The notes under the pieces: generated by a model | Database searches by the model: none | Seen by the model: the letters and a program-made list of their open reading frames with translations, nothing else | What the model was told of the DNA's origin: nothing | Shown: piece by piece, positions 50,205 to 61,945 of the stretch | How the letters are laid out: the number at the start of each line of letters is the position of its first letter | Position numbering within the stretch: the stretch's first letter is position 1 | Position numbers and translations under genes: made by a program | Origin: Sphyrna mokarran | Lineage: Eukaryota | DNA: 64,000 nt | Assembly (NCBI GenBank): GCA_024679065.1 | Contig: JAGIQG010000001.1 | Span: 70,866,001 to 70,930,000, forward strand | Reading direction: 5' to 3'

Positions 50205-50770
50205 AAGGGTCTTTATAAGACCCTTGTCAGGCCCCACTTGGAGTATTGTGTGCAGTTCTGGTCGCCTCGCTATAGGAAGGATGTGGAAGCTATTGAGAGG
50301 GTGCAGAGGAGAGTTACAAGGATGTTGCCTGGGTGGGGGGGGCATGCCTTATGAAGATAGGTTGAGAGAGCTAGGTCTCTTCTCCCTGGAGAGACGAAGG
50401 TTGAGAGGCCACCTGATAGAGGTTTATAAGATGTTGAGAGGAATAGATAGAGTGGATTCTCGGAGGCTATTTCCCAGGGCTGAAATGGTCGCTATGAGAG
50501 GACACAGGTTTAAGGTGCTGGGGGGCAAGTACAGAGGAGATGTTAGGGGTAAGTTTTTCACTCAGAGGGTGGTGAGTGAATGGAATCGGTTGCTGTCAGT
50601 GGTGGTAGAGGCGAACTCGCTGGGGTCTTTTAAAAGACTTCTGGATGAGTACATGGGATTTAATGGGATTGGGAGTTACAGATAGTTCTATGGCCTGGTA
50701 AGTATAGATATGATCGGCATAACTTGTGGGCCGAGGGGCCTGTTTGTGCTGTAATGTTCTATGTTCTATT
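50205..50770 (+). mobile_element. Young CR1 3' fragment
   Basis: ORF 50224-50685 LGLFSLERRRLRGHLIEVYK..FFTQRVVSEWNRL; TGTTCTATGTTCTA tail. Confidence 0.9.
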
Positions 50771-51452
50771 GTGTCATGCAAGTCAGCACAGATCTGACCA
50801 CACTACTCTCATTTTCTAGTGCTTGGCTCCTGGCCGCGGAGGTTACAATAGCACAAGTGAATATATAAATACTTCTTAAATGTTTCAAGAGTTTTCGACT
50901 CAACCATCCTTTCAGGCAGCGAGTTCCAGACTCCCAGCACAGTCTGGGTGAAAATGTTTCTCCTCAACTTTCCCTTAGACCTCTTTCTTTTACCTTAACT
51001 CTAAGCTCCCTGGTTATTAACCCCTCTACTAATAGAAAAGATGCCTTCTTATCCACCTTATTTATGGTCCTCAGAATTTTATATACCTCCATCAGGTCCC
51101 CCCTTAACTTTTGCTGCTCCAAGGAAAACAATCCCAACATATTCAATCTTTCCTCATAGCTCAGATCCTCCAGCCCAGGCGGCATCCTGCTAAATCTCCT
51201 CTGCACCCTCTCCATTGCAATCACATCCTTTGTACAACATGATGACCAGAACTGCACACAATATTCCAGCTGTGGCCTTACCAGCATTTTAGATAGTTCC
51301 AGCATGACCTGCCTGCTCATATATTCTATGGAACAGGTCATAAAACCAAGTATCCCATTTGCCATTGTGACCACCTTACGTATCTGCTCTGCCGCTTTCT
51401 GGAATCTGTGAATATATACTCCAAGATCCCTCTAATCTTCAGTACTTCCCAG
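50771..51452 (-). mobile_element. CR1 3' fragment (tail end displaced to about 50150-50204)
   Basis: ORF 50964-51374 [34 protein letters not shown]. Confidence 0.88.
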
Positions 51453-51802
51453 TTACACAATAGAAGATCAATAGTAATGTTATCAGTGCTTTACCTTTAT
51501 GCACCCTAACCTTTATCCACTTGGAATGGCATAGAATTAAAAAGAAACAAAGGCAGTTTATATATGCAGACAAGACACAAAAGCTACAGATTTTCCACTT
51601 TTGCCCTTAAATAATTGCCTGAAGGAATGAGCAGAAGAAAGCTGACTGGGTGATACCCAGCTGTGGATGATGTAATCCTTCCTACCTCTGTCCTTGTGGC
51701 GCATTGAGCAGTGAAAGAGGTTGATGAGGTTGGTGGAGTTGTTGATAAGCAGTGGCACATGAAAATATATTCGCTGATCGTGACCTCGCTCCCCACTCCC
51801 AG

Positions 51803-51862
51803 AAATATGGGAATATTTTTGGGAATATATGGGAATATGGGAATATGGGAATATGGGAATGT
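51803..51862. repeat. (GGGAATAT)n imperfect tandem at a CR1 5' junction
   Basis: About six copies of an 8-mer, directly visible. Confidence 0.85.
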
Positions 51863-52955
51863 GTGGAATAGAGGGTGATTTAGCTAATTGGATTAGAAAT
51901 TGGCTGGCAGATAGAAGACAGAGGGTGGTGGTTGATGGGAGATATTCATCGTGGAGTTCGGTGACAAGTGGTGTACCTCAGGGGTCTGTTTTGGGGCCCT
52001 GCTGTTTGTAATTTTTATAAATGATCTGGATGAGGGTATTGAGGGATGGATCAGTAAATTTGCAGATGATACTAAAGTTGGTGTGTGGTAGATAGTGAAG
52101 AGGGGTGTTTTAGTTTACAGAGTGACTTGGACAAGTTGCAGAGCTGGGCCGAGAGGTGGCAAATGGAGTTTAATGGGGAAAAGTGTGAGGTAAGGCACTT
52201 TGGCAGGAACAATAAATGTGTAGAGTATAGGGCTAATGGTAGGGCTCTTAATAGTGTTGAGGAACAGAAGGATCTTGGTGTATGTGTCAATAGATCCCTG
52301 AAAGTAGGCATTCAAGTGGATAAAGTTGTTAAGAAGGCTTATGGAGTCTTAGCTTTTATTGGTAGGGGGATTGAATTTAGGAGCCGCAGCATCATGTTGC
52401 AGCTGTACCAAACTCTAGTGCGGCCGCACTTGGAGTATTGTGTGCAGTTCTGGTCCCCACATTATAAGAAAGATGTGGATGCATTGGAGAGGGTACAGAG
52501 GAGGTTTACCAGGATGTTGCCTGGTATGGAGGGCAGGTCTTATGAGGAGAGGCTGAGGGATTTGAGGTTGTTTTCGTTAGAAGGAGGAGGCTAAGAGGGG
52601 ACCTGATCGAAACATATAAGATGATTAGAGGTTTAGATAGGGTGGACAGTGATAGCCTTTTCCTAGGATGGAGAAAGCTAGCACGAGGGGACACAGCTTT
52701 AAATTAAGGGGTGATAGTTATAGGACGGATATCAGAGTAGGTTCTTTACCCAAAGGGTGGTTCGGGAGTGGAATGCCCTGCCTGCAGCAGTTGTAGATGC
52801 GCCAAGTTGGGTGGCGTTTAAGAGGTTAGTTGATAAGTATATGGAAGAGAAGGGAATGGTTTAGTTTGGAGGGGCATGGCTTTTTATTTTGGTCGGCACA
52901 ACATCGAAGGCCGAAGGGCCTGTTCTGTGCTGTATTGTTCTATGTTCTATGTTCT
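51860..52955 (+). mobile_element. Young CR1, about 1.1 kb, 5'-truncated
   Basis: [24 protein letters not shown] 52085-52594; (TGTTCTA)n tail. Confidence 0.93.
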
Positions 52956-52959
52956 ACTT

Positions 52960-53180
52960 CTATTTGATCCTCAGAGCCATATTTCTTGCTCTTACTTTTC
53001 TGGCCACCTGCTCCCATTTCCTTCTGAAGGCATTCTATGATGACCTCCTAGTCCCTCACAGAAAATGACCCCTCTCTTTTTTTGCACTCCATCACTAAGG
53101 CATCCTTGAACTTGAGAGCTTCTGTCTTTCCCGGTTCTTTCCCAGTACTTTGTTAGTTTTGCTCTTTTTTTCAACCATTT
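52960..53180 (-). pseudogene. Harbinger Myb/SANT domain remnant
   Basis: DGVQKKRGVIF and AFRRKWEQVARKVRARNMALR in shifted frames. Confidence 0.55.
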
Positions 53181-53257
53181 ACAAATTGGCAGGTTGGCAG
53201 CAACCTACTATCAGTCATTGCAACTTCCCAGGAAGAACGGGAGGCTAGATAGATCAT

Positions 53258-53645
53258 AGGGAGATAGTGGTGCAGTGTTAATTTCACTGAACAGGAACTA
53301 TATCTCTGGGGATATCTCTGGGCTCAAATCCCATTGTGGCTGCTAGTAGAATTTAAATTCAATCAATAAATTTGGAGTGTAAAGCTGCTGTCATGAATGA
53401 TATCATGAGGATATCATTCATTTTTGTTAAAAACCTACCAGGTTTGCTAATGTCCTTCAGGGAAGAAAATCTGCTGTCTTTACTTGGACAACACGTGACT
53501 CCACATCCACAGCAATGTGATTGATTCTCAACTTCCTTCTGAAATGTTGTAGCAGATCAGTCAGCTCAAAAGAGATCAAGGTTGGGGAACAAATGCTGGC
53601 CTTGCCAGTGATGCTCATGTCTCACGGAAGAATATATTTAAAAAA
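53258..53645 (+). mobile_element. tRNA-derived SINE, full length
   Basis: AGTGGTGCAGTG head, CTAATGTCCTTCAGGGAAG body, AACAAATGCTGGCCTTGCCAGTGATGC tail. Confidence 0.8.
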
Positions 53646-54749
53646 GCACCAGCCTCACAGGCTGTAAAGCCCAATATTATGTGTTCAGCTAGCCTGCACT
53701 GTAGGCTGCACTCAGCTGCATGCTGCAATCAAGAAAATGATATTCTTTTTGCCTGCCTCAATGGGATTAGGTACTGAGCTACACCTCCATGCAGAAAAGC
53801 TTTCTATTCCCCAGTGTTACTCAGCATAAAATATTTCTGAAGAAATAAGCACATTTGTTTTAATGCTGAATTATATGGCATAATACTCTGGTTGTAAAAA
53901 ATAATCATGTGCAATATTGTAAGTAATTTGTTTGTTCAATATACAAGCTTTAACTCATGACCCAAATCAAACAAATCACTATAATTCACATATTCTAAAC
54001 AAAGTCTTATTTAAGATTCATTGTACCTATTCCAAAATATTTAAGGAATTGTTGAGACTTTTTCATTAAATGCTTTAGTATAATGCTTTGATGTCTATTA
54101 AAGTAATAGAGACATGATATGAAGAGTAACATTGACAAAATGCTGCATTTTTGATCAAATTAGGGGAGTTCAATGGTGCATTGCATAAACGTAAACTGAA
54201 AGTTTCAGGCTATAGTTCTTGATGCTAAGATCTTTTGGGGCATTCAGATGTAACAGTGACCAAATTAAAGGTACTTATTTAAAAAAGGACAGAAATGAAA
54301 ACAGGCACTGCACATGAAGCCACTAAGTCTGTTTTTAAATGTCAGCGAATATCCTCCAGTCCTGTCTATTTGTGGGTGCAGATCAACAGGATTACAAGAG
54401 TAATGAGCTAAGATAACAATGGTTTATTCAGTTTAAAATTATACCATATTATTTTGCAGGTACTTGTGATTATGTTCAAATGAGGCACTTTCAAATGCAA
54501 ACATTGGTAATTGTTTTTCAACATATCTTAATATCAGCCAAGAAACCAATCAGTATTCCAGCAAAGTTGCTGCAATTTAGCCAATGCTAATTTTCAATTC
54601 CACTTCTTTTTCATTTTCCTTTATATTATTTCCCTCTGCTATTAGTTTCCATTTCTCTTAACTCCAAGTTTTCTATTTTTTCCAACCATACAACCAATGT
54701 GGTGCATAAGCTATGTTTAAAAAAACTCCCAATGAAACAGTCAGTCTGT

Positions 54750-55640
54750 ACTTCGGACAACATGGACCACTTTCCATACCTTGGGAGCCTGTTATCCACA
54801 AGGGTAGACATCAATAATAAAGTTCAACACTATCTTCAGTGTGCCAATGCAGCCTTCAGTAGCCTGATGAAAACCTAAGAGAAGAATCTACCTGCTGCCT
54901 TCTCGTTGGAACAATGATCTCAGACTGGGCACCATGCTCATGGTCTGCAGTAGTGGTACCCGCCTCTTATATGGCTCAGAGACGTGGATTATGAGTTATC
55001 TCAAAAACCTGGAGAAGACTCACCGGTGCTGCCTCTACAAGATTCTGCAAATCCATTGGCAGAATAGTTTAATATTTTGTTTATTAGTGTCACGAACAGG
55101 CTTACATTCACACTGCAATGAAGTTACTGTGAAAATCTCCCGGTCACCACACTCCAGTGGTTGTTCGGGTACACTGAGGGAGAATTTAGCATGGCCAATG
55201 CACCTACCCAGCATGTTTTTTGGACTATTGGAAATCCCTGGACAAAACTACCCTGCAGCAGAGGAAAAGCATCTGAGAAGAAGCTGAACACCTGGGATGG
55301 AATTTTCCTGACTCACTCCATCACAAGAAATCACAGTAGGCAGGACATGAACCATACAAATGTCTATTGACCTCGGATGGAATTTTCCGGCTGCACCACT
55401 CCTAGACTGGAAAATCCTACCCCTTGAGTTTCATCACAGAGAGCAAGCTAAAGCCAAGAGTCAACAGTGAAAGGAGTGCTTAGCAACCCAAGCATCCCAT
55501 TGATCCACTCCTCCAATTACCATCTGCCCGAACAGTGATAGAGACAGGAGGTTGCGCATGGCACTGCTCAATCACCTGAGAACTCATTTTTAGTGAGGAA
55601 GCAAGTCATCCTTGATGTCAATAGGCTGCCTAAGAAGAGA
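54750..55640 (+). mobile_element. RTE LINE 3' end, with a nested V-SINE piece (about 55070-55232, -) and MITE (about 55293-55422)
   Basis: DHFPYLGSLLS, LLYGSETW..LEK.HRCCLYKILQIHWQ, C-terminal LLNHLRTH; tail CCTAAGAAGAG. Confidence 0.82.
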
Positions 55641-56234
55641 ATGTACCCGCTGCCTTCTCATTGGAACAATGATCTTAGATTCCAGTGTGAATCTAAGAAT
55701 CCAGTCTGAACTCCCACAAGCAATTATCTAAAACAATTTTTTTGATAAAGCACTTATCAAGAACAGAATCCTTGGGCTACACCTTACATTCTATTAGTAT
55801 TATCTACTATTGTCCAGATTCAATTACTATGAAGTTGTTTGTCCAGGGGCATAAAAAAGAAAGGCTAACACACAAAACCTTTTATAATTGCTCATCCTTT
55901 CATTCAACTAATTTTTCAACTGCAGGTAGATGGCCATTTACTGTTAGCAACGACCCATTCATCAGATTATTCACAGTCCACAGTAATGCACAAGGTTCAT
56001 TAAGAAATTTCTCCAAAAAGCTTCTCGTACAAAGAACTGCTTTGAAGTTGATTAACTGTAATGTCAGAGCTCCAGGGCAGTGTAACTGGGAACACCAGTT
56101 GAACAATCAGTTGAATGAAGGGATGAGCACGTCTAAAAGGTTTTTATAACAAGCTTATGTTAATCTTTCCTTTTCTGCACCCACCCCCAAAAAATTACTT
56201 CGTAACAATTGAATCATGAGAACAACTAACGTGC

Positions 56235-56715
56235 TTGATAATTCTCCACTCCCCAACCCTCCACCATCACCCCAATTCTCCAAACCCTCACCCCCACCAA
56301 TGCCCAAAACCCTCACCAACAGCCCCCACCCACCAAAGCCTGACTGAACTCTACCCCAACCCCACCCCAAGGTCTGACCCAACCCAGCTAGACCACATTC
56401 CTGAGGCTCAACCTGCCCTTGACACAATCCAACTAGACTAACCTCCAATAGAAGACACCTCCCAATGACCCAACTGGACACAATACAAAGTCTAATCTGA
56501 CAACCCCTCTCACAAGGCACAACCCAACCTGAACATATCCACACCTACCCACGGCCCAATCTCACCCCAAGACCCAGCCCCACAGTAGGGCGCAAGCTGC
56601 AACTGGATCCCACCCTCCCAATGCCTGACCCAGTTGTCCCCCAATCCCTCCACAAAGCCTGACTCCATCAGACATGACTGGACCCCATCCCAAGATCCAA
56701 TCAATTCCACTCCCT
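56235..56715. repeat. C/A-rich low-complexity tract
   Basis: Imperfect CCCAAC / CCTGAC repeats. Confidence 0.65.
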
Positions 56716-57314
56716 GCTACCAAGAGTACTACTACTGTATGGTAGCAAGAATACTACCTCTGAAGTAGGCTGACACCTACAGGCTAATAGATACGTTTAA
56801 AAGCTCTGTGGTTTTTGAGTAAAACTCTGCGACTGAATAAGAATTTAGCGATGGGTAAAGAGAGAACTATTTGGAGTAATTATGGTGGGAAGGGAAGAAG
56901 ATCTGAGGGGCCCAAGGACAATCTAAGATTCAGTATCAACAACACTGCTGTTTTGAATTGGCATTATCAACAATAGCTTACATTAATAAATGCCAGGAAT
57001 TACTTCAGGAATTCTTCTGATTGGTTGCTATAAATTTGATGGAATATCAAGGAAAATTCCAGATGCATTCTGATGGGGGAAAGAATCGGGGGAGGGAAGC
57101 AAGCAGTCATTCCACTCTCAGGAAGCATCAAAACATTTAAATGTTTGAATGAAATCGCCATATGCTATTTCATTTCAACACATTTCATCCAACTTCCCCA
57201 TATATTTCAATATATTGGAAATCTATAGAGCTGATGGGTTTTTACAGAATATGAGCGCTAGCCCCATGTCCAAACCTCTTCCTTTTCCAAGCAGGCTTGG
57301 GGCTGCCTGTTAGC

Positions 57315-58285
57315 TCATTGGTCTATAGTTTCCTGTTTTTCTCTACCGCTGTTTTTGAATGGTAGGCTTACATTAGCTGTCCTCCAACCTGTAGGAACTT
57401 TTCCAGAGTGCACAGAATTTTGGAAAATGATTCCCAATGGGTATACTACTTCCAGGGCCATTTGCTTATGAATATCAGGCTTGGAGATTTATCTTGCTTC
57501 AATCCTATTAATTTCCCCAAAACCATTTCTCTGCTAACATGCATTTCATTCAGCTCCTCAGTAGAACTTATGTTTCTCAGAACTTCTAGTACATTATTTA
57601 TGTCTTCCTTTGTGAAAACAGATGCAAAGTATGAATTCAGTTCCTCAGCCATTTCTTTGTTTCCCGTTATGAATTCTCCCATTTCTATGTAAGCCTATAT
57701 TTGTTTTGTCAATCTTTTTCTCTTTACATACCGATAGAAACTTTTACAGTCAATTTTATGTTCCCCACTAGCTTACTTTCATACTCTACTTCTCTCTTCT
57801 TAATCAATCTTTTGGTCCGCCTTTGCTGAATTTTAAGCTGCTCCCAGTCCTCAGGGCCTATTGCTATTTCTTGTCAATTTGTATGCTTCTCCTTCGAATC
57901 TAACACTATCTTTAAGCTATGGTTTAGACATAGTTCTCTTTCCACTCTTGTGCCAAATGGAAATAAACAACTTTTGGAGTTCACCTATTCGATCCTTAAA
58001 TGTCTACCATTGCCTGTCCACTGCCCTTTTCAGTAATGACATTTCCCAGTCCATCTTTGACAATTCATTTCTCAAACCATCACTTTAATGAGATCCAGGA
58101 CCCTGGTCTCAGAATCAGCTATATCACAATCACATATAAAGGATAAAACCATATTATGGTCACTTATCCCCAAAGATTCTCTCTCAATTTGATTGAGAAC
58201 TCATCCTTTCTCGTCACACAACACCCGATCCAAAATAGTCTGTTCCCTTGTTGGCTTCTCAACATATTGAAAACCATCCTGTATG
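57315..58285 (-). mobile_element. CR1 ORF2 internal fragment
   Basis: GEFITGNKEMAEELNSYFASVFTKED..LGKLIGLKQDKSP. Confidence 0.85.
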
Positions 58286-58784
58286 CATTGCAAAAATCAA
58301 CAAGGGAAAACAAGAGGAAGAAATAAAATGAGTGACCACAGGCATTTCAGAGGCAATCACAGATTGTGAGAAACGTAATGGTTCCTTGCATTTCTTGAGT
58401 TGTGATTTAATAATCTCACAGCACACTTTAAAAAGAGTTGTTACCAAATGAGCTATAATCTGTTTCACATTTGTGAATGATCAACTTTCTAATTTTTAGT
58501 TTTTTTCAAAACACAAATTCCTAAATGAAAACAAGATGGCTTCTATTTCACTCATCATTCTTCTTCAAAGACTTAAACTTTATCTGCTCCTCTAGAGGAA
58601 GAGGAGATACTTTTTCAACTCTTCAGAAGTTCATGAAGAATCTGAGTTTTCCATGTCAACATATTAAACTGAGGTTGCTTGTTGAGACTTTCATTCAAAC
58701 ATACTTTGGGACTCACTTGGCATAGCAGCATTTGTGCATTGCTATTTCAACCTCTTGTTGAAGTACAGAATTGTATATCTAAGC

Positions 58785-59252
58785 TAAGATTCTTTGATGT
58801 CATTCACCCTGCCCCCCACTGCCAATTAGAACAAAGGAATTGGCACTCAGCCAAAACTCCATTCACTGCAGCAGCACTGAAGAATCCCAGCTGCATGCAC
58901 AGTTGGAGATTTCCAGCGCTAGTTTTTGCTTGGAGTCACGGAAGCTTGGAACTTACCTCCTGAGAAGCTGGAGCACCTGAATTGGACCTTTGTGGACCAT
59001 GTCTGTTTCGTGATAAATCTGTACAGGCGAATGTGGTGGCAAAGGGAGAAGTGCCAGTAAATTTGGGCATGCAGCCCATTAAGTAAATTTAAATACATGT
59101 TTCAGGCACAGTACAGACGGCATCCATTTTCAGCTTTTGGTAAAAGGGGAAAGGGCACGAAGCAGTTGCATCTTGTGCTACTCGCCTCATGCCCAACTTT
59201 AACAAGTTTTTGCACGTGAAAATGTGCATAACTTGATGGTAAAATTGGGCCC
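58785..59252 (+). mobile_element. Short MITE (58785-58920) plus right end of a Harbinger D-family copy (58965-59252)
   Basis: 58965-59252 aligns by eye to 42585-42902 and ends TGGTAAAATTGGGCCC. Confidence 0.8.
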
Positions 59253-59254
59253 TT

Positions 59255-59405
59255 AATGTCCCAGGATGAGTAGGTTAGCTGTATTAGTGGGGTAACTTGA
59301 TGGGGTTGTGAACGTAGGACCTGGGTAGGATTGCTGTCGGTGCAGAGTTAACGGGCTAAATGGCCTCCTTCTGCATTGTAGAGTTTCTATACTTCTATGA
59401 TTACA
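59255..59405 (+). mobile_element. V-SINE 3' half
   Basis: GTCGGTGCAGAG..GGGCTAAATGGCCTCCTTCTGCATTGTAG tail. Confidence 0.75.
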
Positions 59406-59629
59406 GAGAATATGCTTGAAAAACAAAACACAAATCAAAACTGATGTAACCTAGTAAATAATCTTGAATGCACCATCACATTTTACTCCTCTTACTCCTG
59501 TTTTAACTAAATCAATAATCAATTAAATTCTTCCTGTGTTGTGCTGTTCTGTGTTCTATGTTCTACTGTAAAACTTAAATATTAAATAAAAATGTGATTT
59601 AAGAGGGTTGATAAAGCAACCTCGTCCAC

Positions 59630-60502
59630 ACCATGCCTATTGAGCATTGAAGTGCTGCTGGTGGAACAGGACAAACTTAAGAATGGTCATGGTGACATCA
59701 GGGACATTATCTGTTAAGCATGATTCTGTGAGTATAACTGTAGCAGACTGCTGCTTGATTAGTCTGTGGAACAGCTCTCCCAATTTTGGCACAAGCCCCC
59801 AGATATTAGAGGACTTTGCAGGGTTGACACGTGTGGCTTTGCCTCTGTTGTTTCTAGTGCCCAGGTCAATGAAAGATGGCCCATCCAGTTTCACGTTATT
59901 TTCTTTCGGTTGTAGTGATTGAATACAACCGAGTGGCTTATTAGATCATTTCAGAGTACATTTAAGAGTCATTGCCGTGGGTTTGGAATCATATGTCAGC
60001 CAGAATAGCTTAAACACAGCAAGTTTCCTTCCCTAAAAATGATTCATTTTTACAAGAATCAACACTGCTTTCATGGTCATCATAATACTTTTAATGTTTT
60101 TATTGAATTTGATTCCACCATCCAAAACAAAGAATTTCACTTTATTGGCACCCCAACCATCACCATAATCATTTATTCTTTCCACCACTGATGCACCGTG
60201 GCAGCAATGTGTACTAAATGTAATGTAGCAACCTTTAGCAACCAGAAGGATGAGCATGACAGATACCTGAAAACACCACTAACCCTAAGGTCCCCTCCAA
60301 GCCACACATCATCATGTTTTGGAAATGTATCACTGTTCCTTCAATGGCACTGGATCAAAATCCTGGAACCCTCTTCCTAACTTCACATGGACTCAGCTGT
60401 GAAGAAAGTGGGTCAACCCCACCTTCACAAGAGCAATTAAGAATGAACAAAAGTGTTGACCTTGCCGGTGATGCCCACATCCTCTAAAAGAATATAAATA
60501 AA
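59630..60502. mobile_element. LINE pieces: endonuclease N-terminus (-, 59630-59930), SINE (-, to about 60115), LINE 3' end (+, about 60115-60502)
   Basis: SNIWGLVPKLGELFHRLIKQQSATVILTES; GGATCAAAATCCTGGAACCCTCTTCCTAAC; GAGCAATTAAG..TTGCCGGTGATGCCCACATCC tail. Confidence 0.7.
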
Positions 60503-60624
60503 ACATCCATGTTTGCTGGCTGTTTATATACTCACTTGGCTGACATTCGAGATAGATTGTCTTCGCTATCTGTTTTCTGATATTAACTGTTCACTGAGAG
60601 AGATTTTTGATTTGATTTGTTTTT

Positions 60625-60962
60625 ATATTTATTCATGGGACCTGAATATCGCTGCCTGGTCATCATTTATTGCCCTTGCCTATTTTCCCTTGGAGGGTAA
60701 TTGAGAGTCAACCACATTGCTATAGCTCTGAAGTCACATGTAGGCCAGATCAGATAAGAATGGCAGATTTCCTTCCTTCCCTTGAGGACATTAGTGAACC
60801 TGAATTGACAATTTCAGAATTATCAGTAGGTTTTTAATTCCAGATTTTGTTTTTTTGATTCAAATTCCACCAACTGCTATAGCGAGATTCCAGATCCCCA
60901 GAACATTAGCTGAGAAGCTGAGTTTCTGAATTAATAGTCTGGTGATAGTACCACCACCTCCT
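60625..60962 (-). mobile_element. tRNA-derived SINE
   Basis: Reverse of the 53258 family: GAGAGTCAACCACATTGC..GGCAGATTTCCTTCC..GGACATTAGTGAACC. Confidence 0.8.
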
Positions 60963-60965
60963 CCA

Positions 60966-61945
60966 ATTTATTATTGTCACATATATTATTATACAGTGAA
61001 AAGAATTGTCTCTTTCACATGTACAGCCAAACAATACGGTTTACAGAGATGAAAGAAGAGAGTGCAGAATGTAGTGTTGCAGTCATAGTTTGTAGAGAAA
61101 GATCAACTAAGTTGATCTTTCTCTACACCCAATCAAAAGGTCCTATCAAAAGTTTGATGGCAGAAAGAAGAAGCTGTTCTTGAGTCGGTTGGTATGTGTC
61201 CTCAGAATTTTGTATTTTTTTCCTGATAGAAGAAAGTAGAAAAAGGTATATCTGATTGTGTGGAATTCCTGATTATTCTAGCTGATTTTCCAAGGCAGCG
61301 AGAAATATGGCCAGAGTCCATGGATGGGAGGCTGATTTGAGTGATGGACTGGGTTTCATTCACGATGCTTTGTAATTTCTTGGGCAGAGCAGGAACCATA
61401 CCAAGCTGTGATATAATCAGAAAAAATGTTTCAACATTACCTGTAAAAGTTTGAGAGAGTCATAGAGAACAGCCTCCTGAGAAAGTAGACGTGTTGGTGG
61501 GTTTTCTTAACTAAAGCATTGGCATGAAGGGACCAGGCCAGTTTGTTGATGCTCTATACACCTAGAGACAAGAAACTCTCAACCATTATATAAAAGCAAA
61601 TTATGCAAATGCTGGAATCTGAAACCAAAAGAGAAAATGTTGGAATATCTCAGCAAGTTTAACGGCATCTGTAAGGAGAAATAAGAGCTGATGTGTCGAA
61701 TTCAGGTGACTCTTTTCAAAGCTCTTGACCATTTCCATTTCATACTTGTTGATGTAGACAGGGGCATGTTCTTCATTATGCTTCTTGAAATCGATGACAA
61801 TCTGCTTCATTTTCTTGACTTTAGAGGAGAGACTATTGTCATCACACCAGTTCACCAGATTCTCTATCTCTGTCTGTACTCTGTCTCATCATAGTTTGAG
61901 ATCTAACTCACTGTGATGGTGTCCTCAGCAAACTTGAAGAACTTG
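60966..61945 (-). mobile_element. Rex1/Babar LINE 3' region with a nested Penelope-like terminus (61588-61727)
   Basis: KFAEDT, NWCDDNSLSSKVKKMKQIVIDFKK, KKLQSIVNETQSITQISLPS; ACCATT duplicated at 61582-61587 and 61728-61733. Confidence 0.82.

Noticed and set aside
54460-54506. 47-bp AG/GT-bounded mini-exon candidate
   Set aside because: Too short to distinguish from chance
55742-56149. 135-aa ORF with an internal acceptor-like CTGCAG|G
   Set aside because: TTG start, no convincing donor, no recognisable homology
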